From: Lingula anatina
Taxonomy: Eukaryota > Animalia > Brachiopoda
Reading direction: 5' to 3'
NCBI GenBank assembly: GCA_051362555.1
Contig: CM120642.1
Location: forward strand, 28,086,001-28,150,000
DNA: 64,000 nt
Each line of letters starts with the position of its first letter. The stretch's first letter is position 1. A program made the position numbers and the translations under genes. The notes under the pieces were generated by a model. It was given only the letters and a program-made list of their open reading frames with translations, was not told where the DNA came from and made no database searches. Shown here one piece after another: positions 49,748-64,000 of this stretch.

Positions 49748-52700
49748 CTAATAGACAAATCTTGACCCTGAGAGATCTATTCCACCAAACCCACCTCCTC
49801 CCCCACCCCCACCACCCCCTGGACCACAACTCCCAGGGGGTCCCCCCTTGTCGTCAAAATCACTCCATCGATTCCAACTTCGTGCTGGGGACGTGCTAAG
49901 GCTTCTACGAACTGCTTGACTCCGCGCTTCCAATTCCTGCTCCTGAAAATGACAAAAAATATATTATGTATATATATGTATTAAAATATATTATCATAAA
50001 ATATATTTTATTTTTTCAAAACCTTGGTTCAAAATCTCATAGTCAAAAACCGATGGAATTTAATATCATTATCATATCAATAAGAATTATAGTTTAATGA
50101 ACTAATATTTTCAGTTAGATGGGTTGAAGTTTCGGTAAATTACTGACCTGCAAGTACTTAGCATTATCCTGTATCACAGCATCTCTGAGATCTTTCCTGA
50201 GAGGGGGGTCTACCACAGCTGGGTTGATGCTATCATCTAGGTTCAGAATGCTGTCATCAGAAGATATTTTCTTGTAGATCAGGACATAGGCTGTGTCACG
50301 GGAAAATCTTTTTGTCACATTACTGTAAAAAGAAAAATACATTGAGGCAAAAAGCAAAAGCAGGTTCTATCTGAAATAGCGGAAATGATGGAGAATAATT
50401 AGTTCAAAATACATGGGAGGTTATCAAAAAAAAAAGGAAAGAAAAGAAATGTTTTTATAACTAATGATAAGAAAGCAGGGTTTGTCTTACAATAATATTT
50501 TTGTAAAACAACTGCAAAATGCAAAATAAAAACAAAAGTTGGCATAGTCTTGGTTTTTTTTATAACTGACATACAAATGCTTTCAAGATAAAACCATTGA
50601 CTTGAACTGTCACTGGTACATGTTTGTCAGTGTGTTAGAAAAATATATCAAATTAACAAAGCACTTAACACGGTTCTTCCGCTCTAAGCTACCCCTCATT
50701 GAACCTATACTAGTATAATATTTGTCTCAGCTGAAAAAAAATGTTTGGCCGAATCATTCAATTAATACAAAAAGATTGTTTACTTTGAAAAATATTTTTT
50801 GAAAATTTTCTTACTAATTTTTCTATGAAATTTATTCAACAAATTAGCACAAAACAGCATTAAGCTCCTAACCTGAAGGAGTCAAAAGAAGCATAAGTTA
50901 CTCTGCTGTCATTGAACAAGTACCACTTGTCCTGCAAGTAGTCCTGGTCATCACACCTATTCCCGGTCTCCTGGTCAGTCTCCTGGTCAGTCTCCATTCT
51001 GTCCACCAGGCAAGTGACTGGTAGGGAGTGACGGGCATAGCAGTAGTAGTGGCCACATTCACTCGATGCACCTGAGTGTATAACTACTCCACAGAGTGCA
51101 TAAGTGGCCAGAGCAGTCGAATCGTCAAAACCCGAATCTGTTGTCGTCTGCTGTGCAAATGCATGCTGGGGCTTATCAAGTACAGCATAATCGTGGGTTC
51201 GTTGATCAAACTTGAGCGGGGATTGCACTGGATCATCGGTGGTAAATTTCACTTTCAGTTCATCTCTGTGAACAGGTAACATTAAAGTCTTAGGATAGCT
51301 CACCTCATTGAAAAGTTTTGAGCGCGACTGAGTCTTGATGTTGTAAGAGAATCTTAACAAAGTCAGAATTAGAAAGTTTGGGGAGTGAACAATTTTAATA
51401 GACCTTTCCCCATCTTGCAGACCCTGGCACTTGTCACAATAGTACTTATTATCACCTTCCAGCTTTTCTGGCTCAAGATAATAGTCCAGCAGATTTTCCA
51501 ATGTCAAAGAGTCATTTCCGCCATCCTTGTTATCAAGACCTGCAGAGCTTCTACTTAATGTATCTAAACCTTCCAATTTTGATTCTTTGACTTGAGCTGC
51601 ATCCATTTTTGTCTCCCCTGTTTCATGCTCTACTTTCCCCACTGTGTTCCCCTCCTGTTCCATTTCAACATTCTTTTCAGCTGGAGTCGATTTACCTCCT
51701 ACAAGGGAGGAGCCATGGCTTGATATCTTATTTCCATCAGGAAAAGCTAACGGCAAATCAAAGAAGGACTCTGTTCTTGCCGACTCATGTCCACATGTTA
51801 AACACCTACAGGTGGTCATCACTTTCCCACCAAAAGTTTGTCCAACCAGTGTTGGATCCACATCGTCTTTAGTTTCGATGACAATCTCTCTCTGATGCTG
51901 CTGCCCTCTAGTGGATTGTTCCTGTTGAGCAGAGCGCAGTTTTGATTTGTAGAAGTTTGGTTCCACACTGTGTTCTGGTGAGGACATGGGGCTGGGGAGT
52001 TTAACAGGGGATGTAGGATTCCGTTTTCTGCGTAGAGCGGTGAGTTCTTGTTCATGAAGCTGGTCTAGTAAATAATGGAGGAATTCAGCACAGTCCTGTT
52101 GATGTCCAGGTATAAACCATGGGGGCCTGGATACCTTCAAGAAGGAGGTCGGAGAAAAGGCAGCTCTCTACATAAATAAAAAGATGACAGTTTTTCCTTT
52201 TTATTGCATGCATATATATATATATATATATCTCAATGATTTTTTTAATATGTTAATCTACATAGACTGAGATCAAAAATAGACTCATCTAACTATCACA
52301 TTTCAAGCATTACTATATGATCGTGGCCACCAATATTTAGGAGATTTACACTTAAATTTTTCTTCTAACCATAATAAATACAGCCTTTACATAAAACCTT
52401 CTAATCCAAAATTTAATTTTAAATATACAAACATGTAACCATAATTTGAGATCTTTTCATACCTGAGAATGGCCCAGGAAAGCTGCTAAATACTGCATTT
52501 TGACCAATAGAGGGCAGTGTGGATCTGCTGGGGAACTCAACAAAGCTTGACGGAACCTTAAAATAACAATTTACCTTGCCTCAAATACTGAAGTCAAACA
52601 AGACATAACAAAACTATACTCTAAATCTAAAATCTTAATGCAATGTACTGAAACAATACAAGATGATATATGAATAAAAAAAAGCAATTATATGAAAAAC

Positions 52701-55700
52701 ATAATTCTCCTACGGAGGTGAACTGAAGGTGTTAGTACTATTATGATGACTTAATTCAATAAAATAATGACTTTAAGAATATGCATGATTGACAATTGAA
52801 TTTAAAATTAACAGATTACTTAACTAACCAGTCACAACATCAATACGTAACTTAACAAAATAAATAAATAAGAAGAACCTATCATATATCTGATAATTAT
52901 AAAATAATCTTGCCACATACCCATCACACATATAAAGTGCCTGTATCACACTGTTCATATAACATGTGTTCCCCAGGTTGACCAGTCCAACTTTCCCAGT
53001 CTCTGACTTCCTGGTTATCTTGGACAGAACTCCGGTCGTGGATTCCTGTTGAACTCCCCATCTGTACTCTGACAGTCTCTGCTTTATCACATCTGAGGAG
53101 GGTCTGGGAAAATCCTTAAATGAAAGAGAAAAATGAAGTACATATGTTGAAAATAAAATATATAATGCTTGATAAGAAGACTTCATTAAAAAGTAGTAAT
53201 ATATCATAAAACGATACTGTGTGAGTTTGCACGTTAAGTTTCATCTTTGAGTAAGTTTTTACATAACAATTCCCTCAACACCATCACTGCATCATTGAAG
53301 GCAGGCACTGGCTCGTATAACACAAACATGAAGGATAAATTGTTGAAAATTACAACCTAAAGTATGAAGTTTTAGACTTAAAGTCTCAATACAAAAGAGT
53401 ATTGTAAGACACATAAAAAGTGTGAAAAAATCTCACATCCAGATCATTTCTGACATAACTAAGAGGAAATTTGAAAAATATCATTCTTAAATGATTCTTA
53501 AGTTGCTTTCTTCTAACATATTTGGTTTCATTTCCAAACAAATAAGCATCTCACCCTGTATGTTCAAATATTCAATTCAAAATGATCTGAAAAAACAATT
53601 CCTGTAAAATATGAATACATATATTATTACTCACCTTAATGGCTTCCAACACAGGATCATACAACTCAGGAAAGCCTGCATGCAGATACATGAGGCAGTG
53701 CAACATATGTGAAAGTTGCTCTAAGCAGTTTTTACTACTAGGTGAGTTCTCTGCTCCCAGGTGGGCTATCACAGTAGGCACATCGTTGACTATCTGGAAT
53801 TTAAGGAATATGCGTCAAAATACAGACAATCCAACCTGTGTTTATAAAACGTATCTGCACAATCCTTATCAAATCCTGAGCTCGGCATATATACATTACG
53901 TTTACCGGCCTGGCAAAAGTCATTTCTGGAGCTGGGACACTAGAATTTAAGTCACAGTTGCCTGCATGTGCAAGTGATTTGTTAATGGATCGCTTGTCCA
54001 TCAGAGATTGGATTTTTTATTGAATAAGAGCATATTTTTTCCTATATTTTTCCGGAATTTCTTCATACGAAAAAGACAGTGGGCTTACTCTTATACCCAC
54101 AGAACAGAACCAGTCTGTAAAGTTCAATTTTAAACCATATTGAAACAATTAAAAAACAAGAATCCTTGCTATCAAAACAAGATCAGGGTAAACTAAACTG
54201 GGATACATTATTTGAAACTGAGTGAAAATAAAACTCAATCTATCGAATGTGAACAGTACTTTATCCTCACCTTGTGAAATGCATCTGGTGAATGTTGGTA
54301 TCCTAGCAACAGGCTGTAAAGCACCCTGATCACACCCTGACGTGCAAAACGAAACTGCAGCAACCTGAACACCTTTGAAAATTATGAAAATAATATTTAC
54401 TCTTAAGTTAACTGTACTTCAGTTTATATGACTAGGCGTGAAATGCAAAACAAATACTTTAAGTAATACTTAAGTACTTTAAGAAAAAATAAGATCCAAT
54501 TCACACAGAGATGGCGGCAAGGCGAAATAAGAGGAGAACAGACGGTACACACCGTGACACGGGTCTGTCAAAGCACTTGCCAGAGCAGAATTTATGCACT
54601 GACATATGCAGGTTGATGAGTGTGAGAAGGAAGAACTTGATTGTTACCATTAGGTAACCCAAGGTTATCCCGTCCATATCCAGATACACTTAGAACTGGT
54701 GGATCAAAAACGAAAAAAATGAATGGCAAACAAGTACCTAATTTTAAATGTAGGAACTAATTTTAAACCATTTTGCTAACACTTTTCTGAACATGCCTTC
54801 TATATTCCATAAACTTACCATGTCAATGTTCTCCTCTGTGATCTTAATCAATATAGTATACTTGTGGACACTTGCCAGGCCCTGTAAAAATGAACCCAAC
54901 CACTCGTCCACCCCATCTGACTTTGGCCACCTAAGCCAGTCCAGCATTCTGGTCAATGCTATGGTCATCATGTTGTCATTTATCCTAGGATCAGTGACCA
55001 CACTCTTGACCACTGTCTTCCTCATGTCTTTTGGTATGTGCTGTACCAGGGAAGCCAGGCAGAACGGGGGACCAAAGACCTCATCTGTACAAGAGATAAG
55101 CCTGAAGACTGTCTGTAGGCAGCGGACTATGGTATCTGTGTCACTATTGTCCCAGATATGTTTTAAGAGAGAAGCAACCTCTTCAACGTGATGAACAAAT
55201 TCTGGTAATTTCTGCAGTTCACCAGCACCATCTGGTGGTTGTAACATGCCCAAAGCTGTGATAAGGGTCTCGCAGAAGGGTCTACTAGCTTCACCTTGAG
55301 GTATACAGTTTCTGAACTCCAGTAAAAATTTGGCAAACTTTCCAACCACCTCTGCATCTGGGTGTTCCCTCACAAAGCTTGCCCCTTTGACTGCTATGAT
55401 TTGACTAAGGTGCATGAAACTAGGGCTTGCCTGAAGTATTCTCATGCTCTCATGAATGAGGTCCACTAATGCACCACTATTCTGATACTGTCCAGACAAC
55501 AAAGAAAGTAACACCTCCTTGGTGAAGAAACTCTCAAATGTTGCTCTGTTATGTCTGGCCCATGATATGTATATCTTAAGACCTTCTTCGTATTCCACTT
55601 GTGTTTTTCCATCAATCACACAATGCATGGATATATTCAATACTTCTGATATAGACCCTACTTGCTGAACTAATTTGCCTTTCTCTGCTATCATGTTGAA

Positions 55701-55763
55701 TAAGGCCCTCTTCAGAGGTTCTGGTTTGTCGGAGGCAAGCACACCTCTTAATATCTGTTCCAT
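49748..55763 (-). CDS. USP38: Ubiquitin carboxyl-terminal hydrolase 35/38 ortholog, ~1052 aa, 8 coding exons
   Basis: Exons 55763-54819, 54372-54271, 53793-53635, 53114-52921, 52556-52463, 52167-50873, 50322-50148, 49942-49748. Cys box GLVNLGNTCYMNSVIQAL, QQDCAEFL, His box HSGASSECGHYY, WYLFNDSRV, TAYVLIY. The N-terminus MEQILRGVL and the Gly-rich C-terminus ending RFVY resemble USP35/38. Confidence 0.92.
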
Positions 55764-56409
55764 TGTGATTTCCTAGAAGTAACAAGAAAGAGTAAAAATT
55801 GAAGTACTTCTTCCAAGTAATAAGAAAATGAGAAATACTGAATGAATGAATTAACAGTATTTATTTAACAGGACGGTGGGGGAGGGGGGGCTCCCCCCCC
55901 CCTCCCCACTCACCCACCCGTTAAATAAAACTGTTAATTCATACATACAGGATGAAGCAACAGAATTTGGAATATTCATGTCAAGTTTACATGTAAGCTT
56001 CTATCATAACGTTTAAATGTTTTAATTGAACTCATTAAAGGTAACCGAAATCTTATTTTCGCACATCGATCACTGACTCAGAGTCAAACCAAATCGTAGC
56101 TTTCTATCACAAAAACTGGGTATCTTAGACTTTTTACAATTATGATCAGAACAAAAAAAAAAATAATAATAATTCTTCAATTCCAAACAATTATATCGAC
56201 TGACACTTGAAGGGATTTGTTCGACCGACCAGCGTGACATCAGGAGATTTTACTTTATTTCGGAAAGCCTACAGGCTACATTCAGCTCAATGTAATGCAG
56301 TTCAACCCAACGCTACCATCATCCTGGTTAACCTCGAGATGATATTATTAGAAATTTTATTATTAGAAATTTGGCTTGAGTGGGTAATTTTGATGTTTTT
56401 ACTACTCAC

Positions 56410-56990
56410 CGAAGATGTACCTATAGCAAGTGCACACAGAAAAGCAAACTAAATATTATCAGTGCAACAGGGCGCGTCACAAGGAGGCGGCCATGCTGGG
56501 TCGATCTAAAATTAGACTTACATTTTGTAGTAAAGGGACGTACGGTTAAAAAAGTTCAGGTTTATTTAAATCAAGTAATCAAGTAATTTTAATTATTTAA
56601 AAATAACATCCAATCGACGCAAATCTCTTGACAGTGGTAATTATTATTATCATTATTATTATTACTCTGTCCCAACCCACGTTTGTTTTATTTCTTTGCT
56701 TTTTTTTTGTTGTTGTTTTTAACCTTCATCGTCCTCACTGCACCCATAACTACTAATGTGTGATTATTAAGTCTTGGCGTAAAAACTATCAAAACACGCT
56801 AGCGCTTTCCAAATGGGTGTGACGTAAGTACCTGCTGACGAAATACACATTTCATTTGGAGGAAAAGCTGGGTCGAATTTTCTACGCGCGTAAGATCTTA
56901 CTTAAAACTCAATCGTAAACAAGCCAACGTGCGGAAATCTACCTTGGTTTTACAAAAAATTGTAACTGAGACCATGCAGGAATCAAAACA
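56410..56990. promoter_or_regulatory. Divergent promoter region between USP38 and the LAPTM4-like gene
   Basis: USP38 5'UTR donor GTGAGT on the minus strand at ~56408; YY1-like GGCGGCCATG at ~56486; CRE-like TGACGTAA at 56820; local CpG enrichment. Confidence 0.55.
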
Positions 56991-58109
56991 ATGACGATCA
57001 TAAATACTTGTTGCTGTTGTAATCTACGAATTGGCGCTTTTGCCTGTGGAATCTATACTGCTGTAAGTGAATATTTTAGTAAAATGTTTCGCTCACGTGT
57101 TAATGAACTGAACGTGATATCATGCACAGTTGTGTTTATCTTGGCTTTGGAAGAATTGTGATGATTTGGACACTAGTGATTCAGAATAATTTTGATAAAT
57201 TTCATTGCTCAAGGCATCACCATTAACCTGTTGAAAGAGAAACAGACTTTATACTTAAACCAGGGTTATTTATTTTATGCTGTTATTTCTGTGATTGAGT
57301 GTTATTGTTAAAAAATACACATTAAACGAGTGCTAATAAGTCAAATTAATGCCGCAAAACCCGACCAAATGCCACCATATAGTTTCATATAGCATTACAT
57401 AAAAATTTCCGCAGAGTTTTATTACATTATTTTCTGAAAAGTGATATTTGCACTGCTATTTATAGCCTCCCTTCTGAAACTATCAGTGCAAATATGAGCA
57501 TATAAATTACTAGTATATCATCAAAAATATACCGTAATATAGTCATCCTTTCTCTCAAAGTTGTGTTTTGACCTCCAAATGATTATTTTTTGTGCCTTTT
57601 GAAGATGATATTGAATGATCTTTCACTTTATGTGACATTTGTCAGTATAGAATACTAGTACATGCCTGTGTCCTACTCATGTACTGTATATATACTCGAG
57701 ATCATGGGTCATTGCTCAGCAACCTAGCTGTCCCTGCACTTGCATAAAGATTTAGTGTTTTATTTAATTTAGTGTGCAGAATTAATGTTTTGGTAGCAGA
57801 TGTTTCCTGTTTTGAAATTTTAGCAAAACATGTACTAAGACACCTCAAATGTTTTGAATCATTTTACAAAACTTTTGAATAGCCAGGATTTTTACCTTTT
57901 AGCTAACTGCTAGTAGTTCTATGATCTGTAAATGTTGCCGTTATTTATTTCACTCATTCCTGTATTGTTTTAGATCTTATCCTTGGTTACTAGTGGTCTG
58001 TCAGGATACAATTTGTACCATATACAGTTCTTTGACCTTACTCGAGTTGAAGATGAAACTGAGAAGCAAATGTGGGAAGGTAACTCTCTCTCTCTCTCAG
58101 TTTTACTCA

Positions 58110-58150
<41 letters not shown>

Positions 58151-59505
58151 TTGCAGTAATGACTGAAAAAAATCATATTATTATATTATTAATTTTGCTT
58201 CTTTGGTCTACTGGTACATTATGATTCTTTATGTTTGATTTATAGATTCTATATTAATTTTTGTTTGATTTGGGTCACCTTAAAGCTAATTTCCTTTCCT
58301 TAGGTATTGAGGCTTGGTGTTATGCCACATTAGCATTGTGTTCCCTAACGTTTTTGGCTTCCTTACTTCATATTGTTGGAGTGCATAAGGTAAGGATAAT
58401 TGTACGTGCTCACATAAAAATCAGTATCAGATTAATTTGAAAAGGAAAGTGAGAGATAAATTAAACTATTTAATTTTCTATTTAGAAATATATAAATTTA
58501 CTAACAAGGTCTTAAGTAGTTATTGATAAAATTTAACTATTTTGTAGACATATATTGACTCCTTTTCAAATGTTTTAAGATGTAGGACTTGTTTAAAAAC
58601 ATTGACTTCTTTTGATTAAAAAATGACTAACTTGGTCAATCTGTAGAACTTTCTGAGATACTAATGATATTCCTCAATATATATTTATTTCAGGATCAGA
58701 GATTTTTATTCCTTCCATGGATGTGTATGATGGTCCTTGTTATACTGGTGGATGCCATCTCAGTTGTTTATGGTATCTTTACCTATGTAAGTTTATCATT
58801 ATTTGTGTAAAAAAAAAAACTTATTTTTGTCTAGTCTGATGTTTTTAAGCCTTTTGACCTCAAGAGAGAGTAAAGCCTTTTATTTATTTTTTTTTTATTT
58901 CCAAAGAGTCATTACAAAGAAAATTATTATTTATTTATTACAAAATTATTTATTTATTTGTCTGATTATTTTGTATTTATTTGCAGGATAATGTTGAAGT
59001 TACGTTCTCCATTATCCATTCTATCCTGTGGCTAATATTTACCCTGATCAGTGTAAGTGATATTTCTATCTATACATCACTAGTAGAAATATGGATAATG
59101 ATAACAGGTTAAATTTAATATAATTTTATATCTTTTTAAGAAACATAGTGCAATTACCTGTGTGTTTGAAAATTTTAATGCATCTTTGTTATGCAGTTGT
59201 AGCATGAAAAACATTTTGAGATCTTTCCACTTTTTCTTTCTTCCATTAATTGTTCAGTGGAAGGGATTTAAATAATGTCTAATCTTTTTTATTCATCTAA
59301 CTTCAGATATGGAATGAACTGATAAAACAATGGGACATACCAAAGTTACCATATGCCCATTCTGTTTCACACATTCTTCTTATTTCCTGTTGTTGTTTCC
59401 AGATGTACTGTCTGTTGTGTGTAATCTCCCAGTACCAGGAGTTGGCAGCAGGAAGAGGAACTGCAGCAGATTACAGGCATCCAGTAAGGAAGAGATGATG
59501 ATTTT

Positions 59506-59550
<45 letters not shown>

Positions 59551-60559
59551 CTGTCCAAGTGAATGAAAAACAATGTTTTACCCAAGTTTAGATCATTTGT
59601 AGACCTTCAGTTTGTTATGAAGATTTCAGACTAAATACATTTCTTAATGTTCTTAACTGGCATTTGCAGTCTTCTTAAAGCTATATCTTTACATGCCATG
59701 GTTTGGTTAATAGCTAGTGATAGAGACAACATTGCCATGTCATTGAGTGTCTTTCCAAATGTTTTTTTTTCTTTTTATACTCTCTTTTTTTCCAAAAGCA
59801 ACATTTTGATATTTTGTTTTTCTCTGATTGCTGTGTAATGTTGTTTTCAGGCTGTCATCTATGAGTCCTCTATCAATGAGGTGATGATTGCTCCAGGCCC
59901 AGTTATTATTTATCCACATCACGGGGCATACAGTGCAGTTCCCACTCAGCCTGGAGAGGAACCACCCCACTACCAAGATGAGGATGAAGAAAAGGAAGGG
60001 ACATGTAAGCCACATTCACATTTAAGTTCCAAAATAAATTTTGTCATTTACCGAGATAGTGCACTGAGAAATGCTGTGCAGCAGAATATGATATGAAATA
60101 TTTAATACAAAGTATTTTTGTCATCATTAAATTAAAAAGTCTGAAGAATGTTTGGAGAATGTGTACCAATAGGCATAGAAAATTACTTTATGTCATTTTC
60201 AAATGTAGATAGACCAGTATACTTTTTGTTTATTATAAACAAGCAGAAAAAATGCAAGTGCACAATCAAACAATGGCCTATAATTATGACTATATCCAAA
60301 GGTGATTTAGTAATTTAGTTGGCTGCTGCTCTGAAATTTGGACAAGTAGCAAATCATATTCAATAAAACGGGGCAACAATCGTGATAACTAAATTTAAAT
60401 GGAAAGAATGCTCCTCATATTTATCAGTCTAAAAAAACATTTGCTGACTATTGTTATTTTATTTTTTCAGCATCAGCAGAAGCCTTGTTGAATGATGACA
60501 ACTTCCCTTCATCACAAGAACATCTGGTGGCACAATCAAAAAAGAAGTCAAGGAGATAA
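56991..60559 (+). CDS. LAPTM4-like / DUF7027-type four-transmembrane protein, ~248 aa, 8 exons
   Basis: Exons 56991-57062, 57974-58079, 58304-58389, 58694-58786, 58987-59052, 59403-59483, 59851-60004 and 60471-60559 join in frame. Features: N-terminal TCCCCNLRIGAFACGIY, GVHKDQRFLFLPWM, YCLLCVISQYQEL, and a cytosolic PPHY (PPxY) motif. Confidence 0.8.
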
Positions 60560-63114
60560 ATTACCTTATCTACTGTGAGATTTTGTATGCTCTTTTAGCA
60601 AAAACATGTTCTTTTCCAAAAATGAAAATAAGGTTATGCTTACAGAAACTGAGTTGGATTTAAGAGTAAACTTTTGAGTGAAAAATGTTTTTTATTGATG
60701 GGTTTTTCCCTGAACTGTTTACTGATCATCTGGAATTCCATGAGCAGTAATACAAGAAATACAATATAATACCAAAAATCTTGAGGGTGTAGCTTTAACC
60801 AGTGTCATAAAAGTGCAGAATCCACAGTTACTTTTGTACATGTAATAGAAATAGAAATTTCATGAGGAGGGTTGATATTTTAGATAAAATGAAAGAAAGT
60901 TGCGTATTAGAGAGTATATTATTTTGTGTAAGTGTAAGGTGTATTTGCACATTTGCTATTAGCTTTAGGATGCATGGTTTGTTTTCTATACATATTTCAT
61001 TTTGTTTTTTATATGATAGCATAATTGTATTAAGCATAGCAGGATGTTGGAATTATTTATAATGCCTTATATTTATAATATAAATTCATGGGTAATAATT
61101 AGAAGGTTGAATCTCTTGAGGTGAAGTTGTTTTGCACCGGCAATTTGATGATTTTTTCTTTCTTCTTTTTTTAAGGGTGGGGTGGGGTGGAGTCACCATT
61201 TTTAAAAGAACACCAGTTAACTTTTTTTCTTTTTTAAGAATAAAATGTCACTTCACAGAATGGTTATTTGTACCCAGTGCTAGTCAATTCAAAAACTTTC
61301 AGATGCATTTCACAATTATACTAGTGTGCATTTCTGGCTCTATACATACGACACACAGATGTACATTTTATAGTTAGTATATGGTATAAGGTCATAATCC
61401 CTAGATATTCGTATGGGCATGAAATTTCATTTTATTATTTATTGTGATTATAAATATTTAAGTACTTAGAAAATCAGTTAAAAAGATCATACCAAAATTA
61501 TGTTGTTTTAAGACTCCAAGATTATAATGTACGTTTTCTCAAGCCAAGTACATTATATACACTCTGAATTGTCACTACTATTTTGGTAAAAAAAATTTAC
61601 TTTTTTACATTCAAATCAAAACGCTTTAATTCATTTTTTAAAATATCTAAAGAGCATTACAAAGATATGTGAGTGTAAGATTTGAAGATAAAGATCCCTG
61701 GTCTACTTTTTTTCTATTTGAGCTAATTTGAGAATGTTTCATATACATGTCACATCATCATTATACCAAACTGTAACACGTTTATAATGGTATTGCTATA
61801 TTTACAACAAACTTTTATCTGTTCCATTGACAAACTGCTTTACAGTTTATTAATTGATATGATTGCTTCAGGTTATTATTATTATTATTATTATACAGGA
61901 TATTTATACAGGGCATTGAATGTATAAAATTGATAAAGAATTTATAACAGTGACATACATATATATATATATATATATATAAGAAAAGTTCCCATTTACC
62001 ATGCTGGCACCTAGAGGTGGGGGTCCCCCTCTGATGCATCCTCATATGCAATAATATATTAACATAAGATATAGGTTAGAACACCCTCTTCTAAAAACAC
62101 ATACATATTTTTTAACATTTGAAAATTCCTGCCATTTTTAGGACATTGTTTCTCTAAAATAACAGATTGAAAATAGAGTCGATAATTTATAATTTGGTAT
62201 AAATGTTATAAAATGGTGCCACAGTTCCGATTATCTTGCTATGGTGAAATCCTACTCCAAATATTGGACATAGTATTATTATAAAATGAACATAGCTTTG
62301 GACATAATAATTAAAAATGTTATATTTTTCTTGTTATGTTGAGTTCCACACAGTTTGCATATTCTTAATATTAAAAAAGTATATAAAATTTTTATTCTTT
62401 TTTCCTCTGTCAAAATCATTGATAATTTTTAACATGTTGAAGCTGAAAAACGTCATCATCCTATCTGAAATGTTTATTTCAGCCAGATATGCAAAAGGAA
62501 AATAGGAAGTTACCTCAGGCTCAAGTTATGTAACAGAAATGTGACCAAATATTATCAGTTCTTAATTCTCATAATTAATCTGTCATTATAAGGTTGATAT
62601 TTTGTGTGGAATGTCTAATATTATTTCATTAATTAGCACAATTTGAGCATTCTTGTTTTGTTTCATGTGTTTAAGCTGATCTTATTACTGGTATTTTATC
62701 ACTGAAACTGCTGACAAATTAAAGTCTACGCACATTCAGTAATGACTATATTTGTTCCCATTTGATAATTTCAGTGCTGTATAAATACCTTTTCATACGC
62801 TTGCACGGTTTCAATAAATATGTTGAGATCACTCGGTCTTCATATAGATCTACCAACTTATACTGAGACTTTAGTAATTTACGTTATAAATATTGCAATT
62901 TCCATATATGTCAATAAAAGTAAATTCAAGAAAATTTTATTTGTTTGTTCAATCAGGGAATTCCCTGGTTCAATTCATTGCTACGATAGATGTGACCTGG
63001 AAAACTGAGGCGCAACTGTAGCAATCGGCAGGCTAGCAACGATCACTGCATTGACCGGGGCACGTCTTGCTAAAAAATAAACAAACGTTTTACATGGAGA
63101 CATTACCAAACAAA

Positions 63115-63521
63115 ATGGCGTCCGAGAAGGAAGCGGTAAGTGCGTCGCAAAGCCACTATGTCGGCTTTAAAATATCATTCTGCATGTTAAAATGTTGCTA
63201 GTCAGCCTGAAATATTTACATCAGTTTGCATTATGTGCTGCAAAAATTCTTCAGTTGACGTTTAATCTGATAAAGCTAAAAGCTACCGTCAGTTTGCTGT
63301 GCTACTAACGTTGACGTCTAATCCTTAACTCCGAAAATCACTGCCTCGATATACAGAAAAAAAAAAACGTTGGACTGAGGCTAATTGTCAGCACATACAC
63401 CTGCTTACCATGTAGAGATAAATGTGGACCGTGGAATTGCATGTTTGCTTTTCTTGCTTTGCTTCATTGGGCATGGTTTCAGGTGAAGACAGAGGAAGTT
63501 GTATTGAAAGCCGACAAAGGG
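63115..63521 (+). CDS. First two micro-exons of an unidentified gene (MASEKEA / VKTEEVVLKADKG), continuing beyond the window
   Basis: CAAAATGGCG start context; exon 63115-63135 with donor GTAAGT; exon 63483-63521 flanked by TTTCAG and GTATGT; in frame. Confidence 0.55.
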
Positions 63522-64000
63522 GTATGTGGATATTCCCGATACACATGCAATATTAGGCCATCCAAAATAACATGTCTTTGATTTTCAATGTTTTCCTGTA
63601 TTTGATTATGTGGTGACTATTTGGTCAGTGTATCTGCTATTGAAATTACTGCTGGTTAGTTGTTTGAAAATTTGCTTACAGTACTACAAAAGCCTTCCAA
63701 GACTGGATTTTCACGCCAAAAACTCACATTATATTTAACCAATTTTCCCCCCTTTAAGCCTAACAAAAAGTCAGTGAATAGATTGCAAAGCTATTTTGGA
63801 TAGCAGGACACTGATCAAGTCACTATGCACAAAAATGAAATTTGGAAAACCATAAAAAAATCTAAGACTACGTAAGGCCACATTCACAACAGCTGACTAA
63901 CAGATATGGCAAGACACTTAAAAACTTGCTGCATAATTCACTAATAGATACTGAATAGAAAACCCCCCACAGGGATTATACGACAAGCATTTAAGTGGGT

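Noticed and set aside
49748-49830. Poly-Gly C-terminus of the USP as a novelty
   Set aside because: A Gly-rich tail is a known feature of USP35/38.
54501-54705. GC-richer patch in a USP38 intron, possibly a cassette or poison exon or a small ORF
   Set aside because: The flanking exons already join in frame, and there is no homology or strong donor.

Overview
AT-rich, intron-containing animal (invertebrate-like) genomic DNA; the taxon cannot be fixed from sequence alone. I assembled six complete gene models by hand from GT-AG splice sites with phase checks, plus the start of a seventh. (1) A two-exon type II membrane protein fusing a degenerate GT32 domain, a polysaccharide-pyruvyltransferase-like domain and an intact GT32/A4GALT-like domain (2812-6167, +). 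(2) A death-fold gene with C2HC zinc fingers, ZU5 ending in an HFT autoproteolysis-type motif, a UPA-like region, a death domain and a CARD (11140-16341, +). (3) Its tandem paralog, which has lost ZU5-UPA in frame and expanded the zinc fingers (20301-22905, +). (4) A 13-exon malate synthase A with a PTS2-like N-terminus (48011-24781, -). (5) USP35/38 (55763-49748, -). (6) A divergently transcribed LAPTM4-like four-TM protein (56991-60559, +). (7) Two micro-exons of an unidentified gene from 63115. MITEs, LINE fragments, local duplications and microsatellites fill the gaps. The best candidates for an undescribed system are the CARD8/NLRP1/PIDD-like gene pair with IRF-like intronic elements, and the GT32-pyruvyltransferase fusion. 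All domain calls rest on motif recognition by eye, not database searches.
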